Part shown: in pieces, positions 18,020 to 25,810 of the stretch | Layout of the letters: each line of letters starts with the position of its first letter | Numbering within the stretch: the first letter of the stretch is position 1 | IMG/VR virus record: IMGVR_UViG_3300045747_000505 | Strand: one strand, 5' to 3' | Source of the DNA: a virus | Lineage: Duplodnaviria; Caudoviricetes | DNA length: 64,000 bases | Notes under the pieces: generated by a model | Told to the model about the DNA's origin: nothing | The model's database searches: none | Seen by the model: the letters and a program-made list of their open reading frames with translations, nothing else | Position numbers and translations under genes: made by a program

Positions 18020-18154
18020 GTGAACTTCACTCGCAACACTTTCAAAACAACGGAGATGCATTGGCAGCAACGCCAACACGTCACCGTGCGCTTTGAGATT
18101 AAGCGAGACGAGAATGATACGACCCTCCCAGGTCAGGAGAAGCTAGCAGCGTAA
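18020..18154 (+). CDS. putative leader peptide (44 aa) of the tRNA operon
   Basis: AGGAAA RBS, GTG start, ends KLAA*; overlaps alternative-stem sequence. Confidence 0.55.
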   Translation: MNFTRNTFKTTEMHWQQRQHVTVRFEIKRDENDTTLPGQEKLAA

Positions 18155-18180
18155 GCAGCAAGCCTTCACCAAACTCCAAG

Positions 18181-18213
18181 ACCTGGGACCTTAGCGCAAG
18201 CAAGGTCCCAGGT
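18181..18213 (+). terminator. 12-bp hairpin, putative attenuator
   Basis: ACCTGGGACCTT / AAGGTCCCAGGT; 5' arm is also complementary to 18126-18134. Confidence 0.55.
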
Positions 18214-18352
18214 TCGTCTTAGAAAGAACCTCGCGTCAGGATTCGCGAGCAACAAATAACGCCAGACCGCTGTGATACTAGCCGGAGAACCTACGTGAGG
18301 CTAGAGGAGTGCGAGATAGGATGAATATGGCTTGATCCGGACTTCGGTCCGG

Positions 18353-18450
18353 ATCTATTTCAAACACGCTGACCGAATCGCAATCGAAGGTTATCCTTTC
18401 ACGATCTCCCCTTCAACCGCACTTAACTTGTCGGCATGTTTGAAATAGAT
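18353..18450 (+). ncRNA. Y-RNA-like element 1
   Basis: 14-bp closing stem; GCUGA-C-CGA / UUG-UCGGC bulged-C helix; pyrimidine-rich loop. Confidence 0.6.
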
Positions 18451-18455
18451 TCAAT

Positions 18456-18532
18456 TGGTCGTTAGCTCAATCAGGCAGAGCACTCGCCTCCAAAGCGATA
18501 GGTTGTGGGTTCGATTCCTACACGGCCAGCCA
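18456..18532 (+). tRNA. tRNA-Trp(CCA)
   Basis: Cloverleaf, loop CT-CCA-AA, 3' CCA. Confidence 0.9.
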
Positions 18533-18541
18533 AATTTGAAT

Positions 18542-18616
18542 GCCTTCATAGCTCAGTGGTAGAGCACCGTCTTGATAAGGCGTAGGTCCTTGGTTCGATC
18601 CCAAGTGAAGGCACCA
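18542..18616 (+). tRNA. tRNA-Ile(GAT)
   Basis: Loop TT-GAT-AA, 3' CCA. Confidence 0.9.
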
Positions 18617-18627
18617 AGTTATTCAAT

Positions 18628-18702
18628 GCCGAGTTGGACTTTTGGTGAGGTCCTCTGCCCTTCAAGCAGAAGAGACGGGTTCGATTCCCGTACTCGGTAC
18701 CA
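18628..18702 (+). tRNA. tRNA-Glu(TTC), C33 variant
   Basis: TCTGC-CCTTCAA-GCAGA, 3' CCA. Confidence 0.85.
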
Positions 18703-18712
18703 ACAATTCTGT

Positions 18713-18786
18713 TGGGGTCTGGTGTTCTGGTGAACACAGTCGGCTTTGACCCGACCGAGGTGGGTTCGATCCCCACGTCCCCTGCA
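18713..18786 (+). tRNA. tRNA-Gln(TTG), no encoded CCA, imperfect acceptor stem
   Basis: GTCGG-CTTTGAC-CCGAC, TTCGATC T-loop. Confidence 0.7.
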
Positions 18787-18835
18787 TCCCGCATCGCAGT
18801 TCAGCACACATCTTTTTGTGTTACAATGAACTGCG

Positions 18836-19471
18836 ATGCAAAAGCCACCTAAGACTTACCACTACCTTTATCGAACAACCTGTCTTGTGACAGGCAAGTT
18901 CTATGTTGGTATGCACTCAACAGACGACCTCAACGACGGTTATCTTGGGAGCGGAAAGATTTTAGGTCGCTCTCGCAAAAAGCATGGTGACGAAAAACAT
19001 GTGAAAGAAATTCTTGAACACTGTGCCTCTCGTGAAGCGCTGAAACTTCGTGAGAAGGAAATAGTCTCAGCAGAGATGCTCGCCAACCCGTTGAACATCA
19101 ATTTGAAGATTGGCGGCGAAGGCGGTTGGGATCATATACCGCAGGAGGTAGTTCTATCGAACCTCTCAAAAAGAAATGTTGGTTGGGCGACCTACAACAG
19201 ATCAGAAAAGGGAAGGCTCAAAGCCTCTGAAAACATTCGCAAGATAAATGTTGTTGGTCGAAAGTCTTCTTATGGTTTTCGTGGCAAACAACATACCGAT
19301 GAAACTAAACAAATTCAAAGCCAGCACCATCAAGGTGCTGGCAACTCTCAATACGGAACTTGTTGGGTAACCAAAGACAACAAGTCATCCAAAATCAAAA
19401 AGACTGACCTTGACGAATACCTCGCTAATGGTTTCTCGAAAGGCAGAGTAATTTCTAAAATGGTGATGTAG
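18836..19471 (+). mobile_element. Seg-like GIY-YIG homing endonuclease
   Basis: YLYRTT..KFYVGMHST..GYLGSG; NUMOD-like HTDETK; SQYGTCWV; AT-richer than flanks. Confidence 0.85.
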
Positions 19472-19587
19472 TGTAGTGGCAGCACAGAAAACATCGTTCG
19501 CGCTTTTTGTTGCGCAAGTAACCGCTTGTGAATGGTTATCTTTATCATCCAAAGCTAGGGTTGGTTCGAATCCAGCCATCACCACCA
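19462..19587 (+). ncRNA. tRNA-like RNA with about 50-nt insertion in the anticodon arm
   Basis: 7-bp acceptor GGTGATG/CATCACC + ACCA, D-arm and T-arm present, about 74 nt between them. Confidence 0.6.
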
Positions 19588-19595
19588 AAATCAAT

Positions 19596-19671
19596 TCCGT
19601 CTTAGTATTCTCGGCGAGTACCTCCGGCTGTTAACCGGATGAGTCTGGTTCGAATCCAGAAGACGGAGCCA
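19596..19671 (+). tRNA. tRNA-Asn(GTT)
   Basis: TCCGG-CTGTTAA-CCGGA, CCA. Confidence 0.9.
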
Positions 19672-19679
19672 AGATCTGA

Positions 19680-19752
19680 TGGGGAGCGTCAAGGTTTGAC
19701 CGACTCGGCTCTGACCCGAGTTGCTTAGGTTCGAGTCCTAACTCCCTTGCCA
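19680..19752 (+). tRNA. tRNA-Gln(CTG)
   Basis: CTCGG-CTCTGAC-CCGAG, CCA. Confidence 0.85.
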
Positions 19753-19760
19753 AATTCTAT

Positions 19761-19836
19761 GCGTCGTTATCCGATGTGGTCATGGAAGCTCCCTGAAGAG
19801 GAGATAAACCGGGTTCGATTCCTGGACGACGCACCA
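19761..19836 (+). tRNA. tRNA-Phe(GAA)
   Basis: Loop CT-GAA-GA, CCA. Confidence 0.85.
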
Positions 19837-19844
19837 ATTATAAT

Positions 19845-19919
19845 ACTCGCTTGGTTCAGTGGTGGAACGCTTCCTTGACATGGAAGAGGTCGCAGGTCCG
19901 ATTCCTGCAGCGAGTACCA
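19845..19919 (+). tRNA. tRNA-Val(GAC)
   Basis: CTTCC-TTGACAT-GGAAG, variant T-loop TCCGAT, CCA. Confidence 0.85.
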
Positions 19920-19927
19920 AATTACAT

Positions 19928-20002
19928 GGGGTGCAAACTTTGACGGTGAAGCTCTGGCTCTTAACCAGATGGAAGACAGTTCGAATCTGTCGCGCCCCAC
20001 CA
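19928..20002 (+). tRNA. tRNA-Lys(CTT)
   Basis: TCTGG-CTCTTAA-CCAGA, CCA. Confidence 0.85.
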
Positions 20003-20010
20003 AACACAAT

Positions 20011-20080
20011 ACCCGGTCCAATGGATTGGCTGCGGTCCTACGAAGGCTGCGTGATCGGTTCGACTCCGATACTGGGTTCA
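20011..20080 (+). tRNA. tRNA-Arg(ACG), short D-arm, no CCA
   Basis: CGGTC-CTACGAA-GGCTG. Confidence 0.7.
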
Positions 20081-20087
20081 TGATAAT

Positions 20088-20162
20088 GGGTTCGTAGCTC
20101 AGAGGCAGAGCAGGCGGCTCTTAACCGTCAGGCCGAGATTTCGAAATTCTCCGGACCCACCA
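20088..20162 (+). tRNA. tRNA-Lys(CTT), second
   Basis: GGCGG-CTCTTAA-CCGTC, CCA. Confidence 0.88.
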
Positions 20163-20168
20163 AGATAC

Positions 20169-20232
20169 AGACAACCGTACGACTCAGCGTTATCCTGTTA
20201 AGATTCCCCGCTTTGTCACTCCTTTGTTGTCT
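20169..20232 (+). ncRNA. Y-RNA-like element 2
   Basis: AGACAA-C-CG / UG-UUGUCU bulged helix; inner loop TTATCCT..GATTCCC shared with element 1. Confidence 0.55.
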
Positions 20233-20236
20233 CAAT

Positions 20237-20312
20237 ATCCCGTTCGTCTAGCGGCCAAGGACACTGCCCCCTCAAGGCGGGAACTCCGGTTCAAATCCGG
20301 AACGGGATTCCA
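20237..20312 (+). tRNA. tRNA-Glu(CTC), C33 variant
   Basis: CTGCC-CCCTCAA-GGCGG, CCA. Confidence 0.85.
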
Positions 20313-20320
20313 AATACAAT

Positions 20321-20395
20321 ACCGAGTTGGACTTTTGGTGAGGTCCTCTGCCCTTCAAGCAGAAGAGACGGGTTCGATTCCCGTACTCGGTACCA
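20321..20395 (+). tRNA. tRNA-Glu(TTC), near-identical duplicate of 18628
   Basis: Differs only at base 1 (A vs G). Confidence 0.85.
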
Positions 20396-20402
20396 GCATA
20401 AT

Positions 20403-20477
20403 GGATCGGTAGCCTAACGGTCAGGCACCTCTCTGTCTAAGAGGTTCAAGCGGGTTCGACTCCCGTCCGGTCCGCCA
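20403..20477 (+). tRNA. tRNA-Asp(GTC)
   Basis: CCTCT-CTGTCTA-AGAGG, CCA. Confidence 0.9.
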
Positions 20478-20483
20478 GCATGT

Positions 20484-20559
20484 AGGCTTTAGAGTGATTG
20501 GAAATCCTATCCCTTTCATGAGGGGATGTTGCGAGGTTTGAATCCTCGATAGCCCGCCA
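20484..20559 (+). tRNA. atypical tRNA(CAT) (Met/Ile2-like)
   Basis: TCCCT-TTCATGA-GGGGA, 1:72 mismatch, T-loop TTTGAAT, CCA. Confidence 0.55.
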
Positions 20560-20569
20560 GATATTCAAT

Positions 20570-20643
20570 GGTGGTTCTAGTGTAGTGGCAGCAAGACGGT
20601 CTGTGAAACCGTAAGGCAGGGTTCGATTCCCGGTCCCACCCCA
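20570..20643 (+). tRNA. tRNA-His(GTG), mismatched acceptor stem
   Basis: G-1 and C73; ACGGT-CTGTGAA-ACCGT. Confidence 0.75.
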
Positions 20644-20664
20644 CCTGATTCAGATAAATAGAAG

Positions 20665-21309
20665 ATGAACAAACATCATCTAGTTTATCGCACGACGAAC
20701 CTTCTGAACGGAAGGTATTACATCGGCATCCATTCAACGTCGAACATCGACGATGGGTATCTTGGTAGCGGTCGTAGGATCAAGGCGGAAATCAAGAAGT
20801 ACGGTCAAGAGAATTTCAAGCGTGAGATCCTTGAGTCATACCCAACAAGGCAAGAAGTCTTGAAACGCGAAGCCGAATTGGTCACTGAAGAACTTCGTCA
20901 AGATTCGCTCTGTCTGAATCTTAAGAATGGCGGCGAAGGCGGTTGGGAACATCTGAATGACAACTCTGAGGTCCAACGCGCAAAAGGACGTAAAGGAAAT
21001 GCCAGCATCAAGATCTTGGCAAATGATCCTATTTGGGCCGCATCAAGAAGCGCAGCAATCAGCAATGGTCTTCGCGGAAAGTCTGCTGGGTGGAGTGAAC
21101 AAGCAACAATGGCTTCGCACACCGATGAAGTAAATCAAAAGCGAAGTCGCACAATGAAAGACTTGGCAAGGCAATCAGGCCAAGCAAATTCCCAGTTCGG
21201 AACCTGTTGGGTGACCAACGGGTTTCCAATAAAGATCAAGAAACAAGATCTCGATTCGTATCTGACAAATGGATATGTTCGAGGAAGAACAAAACAATGG
21301 TGCACGTAG
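20665..21309 (+). mobile_element. Seg-like GIY-YIG homing endonuclease
   Basis: LVYRTT..RYYIGIHST..GYLGSG; SQFGTCWV; paralog of 18836. Confidence 0.85.
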
Positions 21310-21375
21310 ATCAATTGGTAGATCCCGGGATTGTGATTCCCGTCGTTGTGGGTTCGAGTCCCATCGTGCACCCCA
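21299..21375 (+). tRNA. tRNA-His(GTG)
   Basis: G-1, C73; CGGGA-TTGTGAT-TCCCG; CCA. Confidence 0.9.
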
Positions 21376-21385
21376 GTATTTCAAT

Positions 21386-21459
21386 GCCCTCGTAGCACAT
21401 TGGTCGTGCGCACCTTTGGTATGGGTGAGAACAGAGTTCGATTCTCTGCTTGGGCACCA
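21386..21459 (+). tRNA. tRNA-Thr(GGT)
   Basis: CACCT-TTGGTAT-GGGTG, CCA. Confidence 0.88.
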
Positions 21460-21467
21460 ACTATAAC

Positions 21468-21543
21468 GCCCGCGAAGTATTACCTGGTGGTACGCGTCTT
21501 TCGTACGGATGAGGACTCAGTTCGAGGCTGAGCGTGGGCTCCA
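21468..21543 (+). tRNA. tRNA-Thr(CGT)
   Basis: CGTCT-TTCGTAC-GGATG, CCA. Confidence 0.8.
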
Positions 21544-21550
21544 GTACAAT

Positions 21551-21628
21551 TGTGGTCGAGCAAGCAAGGTGTATGCACCGCACTGTTAATGCGGACAGAG
21601 CCGGGTTCGATTCCTGGGACCACAGCCA
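21551..21628 (+). tRNA. tRNA-Asn(GTT), second
   Basis: CCGCA-CTGTTAA-TGCGG, CCA. Confidence 0.88.
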
Positions 21629-21637
21629 GATCAAAGT

Positions 21638-21712
21638 GTCTCCGTAGTTCAACGGAGAGAATAGGACGCTACGAACGTTCAGACGGGGGTTCGATTCCCT
21701 CCGGAGGCACCA
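21638..21712 (+). tRNA. tRNA-Arg(ACG), second
   Basis: GGACG-CTACGAA-CGTTC, CCA. Confidence 0.88.
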
Positions 21713-21749
21713 CTATAAATAAGTCATCGCAACTCAACCGGATAAGCGT

Positions 21750-21995
21750 ATGACACTCCTTCAAGAACTCCTTGACCTGCCAAACAAAGCGCCAAAGGCC
21801 TTCAAGGCCGGCGACAAGTTTGACATCACCAACAATGGCCTTCACTTCACCATCGAGGTGGTCGCCGCCGACAAGGGTCCGTCTGAACTTCAGATCGAGA
21901 CCGTGCGCGATGGCAAGGCTCGCAAGAGCTACACCGATGCGCTTGAGCTCAGCGCTCGCCTTCGCGACTGCGAGAAGTTCAAGAAGGTCAAGTAA
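21750..21995 (+). CDS. small late protein
   Basis: TATAAATA at 21714; MTLLQELLDL resembles the 35073 N-terminus. Confidence 0.7.
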   Translation: MTLLQELLDLPNKAPKAFKAGDKFDITNNGLHFTIEVVAADKGPSELQIETVRDGKARKSYTDALELSARLRDCEKFKKVK

Positions 21996-22003
21996 CAATC
22001 AAT

Positions 22004-22078
22004 GGTGCTGAAGCTGAATGGTTAAGCAGCGGTCTCATAAGCCGTGCGTCGTGGGTTCGATTCCCACCAGCACCACCA
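22004..22078 (+). tRNA. tRNA-Met/Ile2(CAT)
   Basis: GCGGT-CTCATAA-GCCGT, CCA. Confidence 0.88.
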
Positions 22079-22199
22079 ATTACAAGAGGTCGATGCCGGC
22101 ACCTACGAGGCCGTTGTCGTACGAGTCTAACAACTTGAAAGGACGCATCATGCGTACAGTGTCATCGACGCTTGATGCGTCTCGAAAACGAACCCCTTT

Positions 22200-22273
22200 G
22201 GGGGCGTAGTTAAGTGGTATAACATGCGGCTTTTACCCGTTCGTCCTGAGTTCGATTCTCAGTGCCCCTACCA
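22200..22273 (+). tRNA. tRNA-Lys(TTT)
   Basis: Loop CT-TTT-AC, CCA. Confidence 0.85.
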
Positions 22274-22558
22274 TTATTGAACCAGCCAGTTCATCCTTAT
22301 GTTACCTAGAGGTAACTCTCGCTATGTTACCTAGGTAACATAACCACACTGTGAAATCGACATTCCCCGTATATAGATTATGAACCGCCTTATGTGCAGT
22401 ACTGCACTTAGTGTTCTGTACTGTACAGACTTTCCGCTGTGCTTTGTTCGGGGGCGTATAAATACATTCAACGAGCAGCAAGACTCGTCGAGGTAGCGCA
22501 GACCAAATCAGGCCATTGGCCTTTTAGGCGACGAACCACAAGGTTCGTCGCCCTCTTT

Positions 22559-22630
22559 ACCCCTGCCGAAGGAGCGGTGGCCGGCCTTCTAAGCTGGCAT
22601 ATGTGAGTTCGAGTCTCACCAGGGGTTCCA
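22559..22630 (+). tRNA. tRNA-Arg(TCT)
   Basis: CCGGC-CTTCTAA-GCTGG, CCA; short D-arm. Confidence 0.8.
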
Positions 22631-22867
22631 GATTGATGTAGATCAATTAAACCGCAATGACCGAAACCTTTTCTAGGTTCGGGTCAGTTTATGTGTTTAT
22701 TGACTGGTGTTTCTAAAGTGATTCGTGTAAATACATCTGTCCAGTACAGAACATAACAGTCCCAAAGAGGACTGCAAGAATTGTGGGAACCAACCCATGA
22801 CGGTAACGGCGACGCACACCGCTAGTCTTTGCTCACGCAATGTGAGCCGAGCATTAAGGAGCGGTCA

Positions 22868-23806
22868 ATGCCAACAGCAACCACAAATGAGACGGTACCT
22901 CCGAAGATGATCGACGCAGTCGTCGGTCTTGACGGTCTGCCTCTCAATATTGCGGTGGCCATCGAAGCAACCCGCAACGTTGACAACAACAGCGCCACAG
23001 CCACAATTCAACAGGCTAGTGTCGCAACCAAAGGGGAAACTACTATGGCAGACATCGTTACCGGCACCACCACGGGCCAACTCGACACCACCGCGCTCAT
23101 GCAGGACCACGCCGACATCCGTCGTGAAAATGCACAAAGCGAAGCACAGGTTCGTCGTGACATTCAATCAACCAGCGGCGATTCTCGTCGCGAAGCAGCC
23201 GAGATCGGCGCCGCAAGCGCCTATCAGAACGCTACTCAACACGCCGGCATCGTCGACCAGGTGAAGTCTGCTGGTTGGGCCAACTCGGACCGCACCGGCA
23301 CCGAAGCTGACCGCGTCGTCGGTCAGGGCACCGCCTACTTCATCGCTGAGCAGCAGTACGCTTTCAACAACGCTACCGCCGTAGCTGCGCTGAAGGCCGG
23401 CACTGACATGCAGTTCGCGAACACTCTCAGCGCCATCAATTCCGCAGCCCAAATGGGTCAGGCAGCGACGGCTCTTGAAGGTGCGAAGTCGGCTGCAGCT
23501 GCAGCTCTCGGCCAAGCCCTCATCGGCCAGCAAATCGTTGCTGACGGCAACAACACCCGCGCGCTCATCAACGAGCTCAAGATGGAGCAGCTCAACCGCG
23601 AACTCATCGAGCGCAACGCTGCTCTCGTCGAGGCACGTGGTGACTGCCGCTACTGGCAGGGTGGCTACAACCAGTCGCAGTTCGCCGCTGTGACCTCCCA
23701 GCTTCAGGCCTTTCAGAGCCAGCTCTCTGAGACCCGCCAAGGCATGGTGAACTTCGGTACTCAATCCGGAGTTGGTCAGACCGCGACCACGAACTCCGTT
23801 CGTTAA
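22868..23806 (+). CDS. Ala/Gln-rich coiled-coil protein (possible second in-frame start at 23045)
   Basis: AAGGAG RBS before 22868; GGGGA RBS before 23045. Confidence 0.7.
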   Translation: MPTATTNETVPPKMIDAVVGLDGLPLNIAVAIEATRNVDNNSATATIQQASVATKGETTMADIVTGTTTGQLDTTALMQDHADIRRENAQSEAQVRRDIQSTSGDSRREAAEIGAASAYQNATQHAGIVDQVKSAGWANSDRTGTEADRVVGQGTAYFIAEQQYAFNNATAVAALKAGTDMQFANTLSAINSAAQMGQAATALEGAKSAAAAALGQALIGQQIVADGNNTRALINELKMEQLNRELIERNAALVEARGDCRYWQGGYNQSQFAAVTSQLQAFQSQLSETRQGMVNFGTQSGVGQTATTNSVR

Positions 23807-23851
23807 TTGGATGAGGGTGGAGCTAGCTCCACCCACCTTCAAGGACGCATC

Positions 23852-24667
23852 ATGGCAGTACTTGGACCACTAGAGCGCGAGTTGATTGAACTCAACTCTG
23901 CGATTTCAAACCTCCGCAGCCGCGCTGAAGGGGTGGTCTTTCACTCACAAACTGGAACGGACGCTCAAGTGCAAACAATCATCCCATCAGTCTCTGGCGG
24001 TGCCGGCAACGACATCATCAACGTTGAGGTGAATGAATCATGCGTTTGTCCACCTGGTCCTCCGGGTCCAGAGGGGCCACCAGGCCCGGTTGGTCCGCAG
24101 GGTCCGACAGGTCCTCAAGGCCCATTTGGTCCTCAAGGCTCGCAGGGTTCACAAGGCTCTGTTGGTCCAGCCGGACCTCAAGGCGATCCAGGGCCAGTGG
24201 GTTCACCAGGACCCGTTGGCCCACAAGGCGATCCAGGCCAGACAGGCCCGATTGGTCCTCCAGGTCCTATTGGCCCAGTGGGTTCGACAGGTCCTTCGGG
24301 GCCTCAAGGTCCGATTGGTCCCGCCGGTCCGCAAGGTCCAATAGGCCCCGTTGGTCCGCAAGGGCCACCAGGCAAGTGTGAGTGTGACCGAGCCACGCAG
24401 CTCATCTCGGCAGACTACGAAGCACAGATCACAGACTTTTATATCGGGGTCTCAGCGAAGGGTCCTGTAAAGATCCTCCTACCACAAAAAGCGCCAGATG
24501 GCACGTGGCTCATAGTGAAGCTTGAGATGGGAGCGCCGATCGGAACACGAAAGGTCACGCTGGATGGGAATGGGGCAACAATCGATGATGCCGCCACTAT
24601 CACCATGACCAAAGCCTACGAGATCGTTTGGTTGATCAGCCGTGGCGGGTCCTGGTTCGTGGTGTAA
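23852..24667 (+). CDS. collagen-like protein (about 36 Gly-X-Y triplets)
   Basis: Uninterrupted GPP/GPQ run flanked by CVC and CEC; globular C-terminal domain. Confidence 0.9.
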   Translation: MAVLGPLERELIELNSAISNLRSRAEGVVFHSQTGTDAQVQTIIPSVSGGAGNDIINVEVNESCVCPPGPPGPEGPPGPVGPQGPTGPQGPFGPQGSQGSQGSVGPAGPQGDPGPVGSPGPVGPQGDPGQTGPIGPPGPIGPVGSTGPSGPQGPIGPAGPQGPIGPVGPQGPPGKCECDRATQLISADYEAQITDFYIGVSAKGPVKILLPQKAPDGTWLIVKLEMGAPIGTRKVTLDGNGATIDDAATITMTKAYEIVWLISRGGSWFVV

Positions 24668-24701
24668 TTTCATTGACAAACGTGCGAAAGGGAACAACAG
24701 C

Positions 24702-24926
24702 ATGTACTACAACAACTATCCATACTACAACAACTATTTTCGGAGACCATATGGGTATGGTCACGGTGGGGGCTACTGCCCAACCTGTGGTCACGCTCAC
24801 TCTTGGTCTCATCCGGCTTTGATTGGAAGCCAGTTGTCGTCGATCAACCAATCGCTGCTGAACTACGGCGTGCAAACGAACGTGCTTCAACAGGCAATCG
24901 CAAATCAGGCCTTGGGTTACTACTAA
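24702..24926 (+). CDS. small Tyr/Gly-rich protein
   Basis: MYYNNYPYYNNY..CPTCGH. Confidence 0.6.
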   Translation: MYYNNYPYYNNYFRRPYGYGHGGGYCPTCGHAHSWSHPALIGSQLSSINQSLLNYGVQTNVLQQAIANQALGYY

Positions 24927-24935
24927 GGCTATGAG

Positions 24936-25184
24936 GTGTTATCCGTTCAAGACCTGCTTCGTAAAGCCAACTGGCTACTAAGCGCTCGCGAAGAGTGGGA
25001 GCCGCCAGTCGGCTTCTTCATGCGCCCGTGCGACACCATCGCACGTGAGCTGCTTGACCTGAGCGATGACAAGACGCAGGCGATAGGCCGACTGGATGAC
25101 TACATCAATATCACTAGAGCAGCCTTAGACGATGACGACCTGAATCGCCTAGAGCGAGCCAGGAAAATCATCAACGATAAATAG
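24936..25184 (+). CDS. hypothetical protein
   Basis: GAGG RBS, GTG start. Confidence 0.55.
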   Translation: MLSVQDLLRKANWLLSAREEWEPPVGFFMRPCDTIARELLDLSDDKTQAIGRLDDYINITRAALDDDDLNRLERARKIINDK

Positions 25185-25187
25185 AGC

Positions 25188-25258
25188 ATCGCCACCAATG
25201 GATTGGCATCAGGCCTCCGAAGCCAGATTGGCGGGTTCGAATCCCGCTGGCGGTTCCA
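25188..25258 (+). tRNA. tRNA-Arg(CCG)
   Basis: Loop CT-CCG-AA, GGTTCGAATCC, CCA; D-arm CCAATGGATTGG as in 20011. Confidence 0.8.
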
Positions 25259-25768
25259 TCACTTGACCGTGTACCCCACGAGGTACTTCGCCGGAACCTT
25301 TGCGTTCACGCGCAGCTCTGCGAGCTGATAGAACTGCTGGTCATTGCTATCGAACTTGTCGTATTCATCCTTGTTGAGCAGCCGCTTCAGATGAAGTGGG
25401 TCGTTGCCACGCAGGTCAGGGTCACGGTGCGCCGTCACCCAAGCGCGCGGTAGGTCGAACACGAGCGTGATGCGCTCGTTCTCATGAATGGTTTGCGCCT
25501 TCGCACCAGCCTTGCGAAACTCTGCCTCACCACCCATTGATGCAAACGCTCTTGCCGTGTATGGTTCAAGCGCGAAGGAGATCATGCCGGTGCCAGCGTC
25601 GAGGCGATCAAGGCCAGTCTTGGCGATCGACTCAAGATGCTTGAGCTGGGTGCCGTGATAGACGCGCAGCGGATTCTTGTCCTCCCACCAGCCGATGGTT
25701 GGATTCTTTTCCCACGGCAGCTTCGGCACCTCTCGTGCTTCGGCGATGAATTGTTTGAAGGTCAGCAT
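25259..25768 (-). CDS. ADP-ribosyltransferase-fold (Tpt1/KptA-like) protein with capsid-targeting-like N-terminus
   Basis: VYHGTQLKHLESIAKTGL..ISF..AE; MLTFKQFIAEA. Confidence 0.65.
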   Translation of the reverse strand: MLTFKQFIAEAREVPKLPWEKNPTIGWWEDKNPLRVYHGTQLKHLESIAKTGLDRLDAGTGMISFALEPYTARAFASMGGEAEFRKAGAKAQTIHENERITLVFDLPRAWVTAHRDPDLRGNDPLHLKRLLNKDEYDKFDSNDQQFYQLAELRVNAKVPAKYLVGYTVK

Positions 25769-25810
25769 TGGAAATCCTGTGTTGGTCTTCTATTTAGATA
25801 AATACAGCAC

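Noticed and set aside
18020-18154. tmRNA (peptide ends in LAA like an ssrA tag)
   Set aside because: There is no tRNA-Ala-like 5'/3' domain or T-arm-CCA around it, and the ORF has its own RBS and start, so a leader peptide fits better.
17786-22209. Short ORFs overlapping tRNAs in the ORF track (e.g. 18546-18794, 19767-20081, 21269-21466)
   Set aside because: They overlap clear tRNA cloverleaves and are spurious.
18713-22630. Stop-codon suppressor or Sec/Pyl tRNA implying recoding
   Set aside because: No CTA, TTA or TCA anticodon was found, and genes end normally on TAA, TGA and TAG.
24030-24381. Alternative-frame ORFs over the collagen gene
   Set aside because: They are a by-product of the GGT-CCN repeat.
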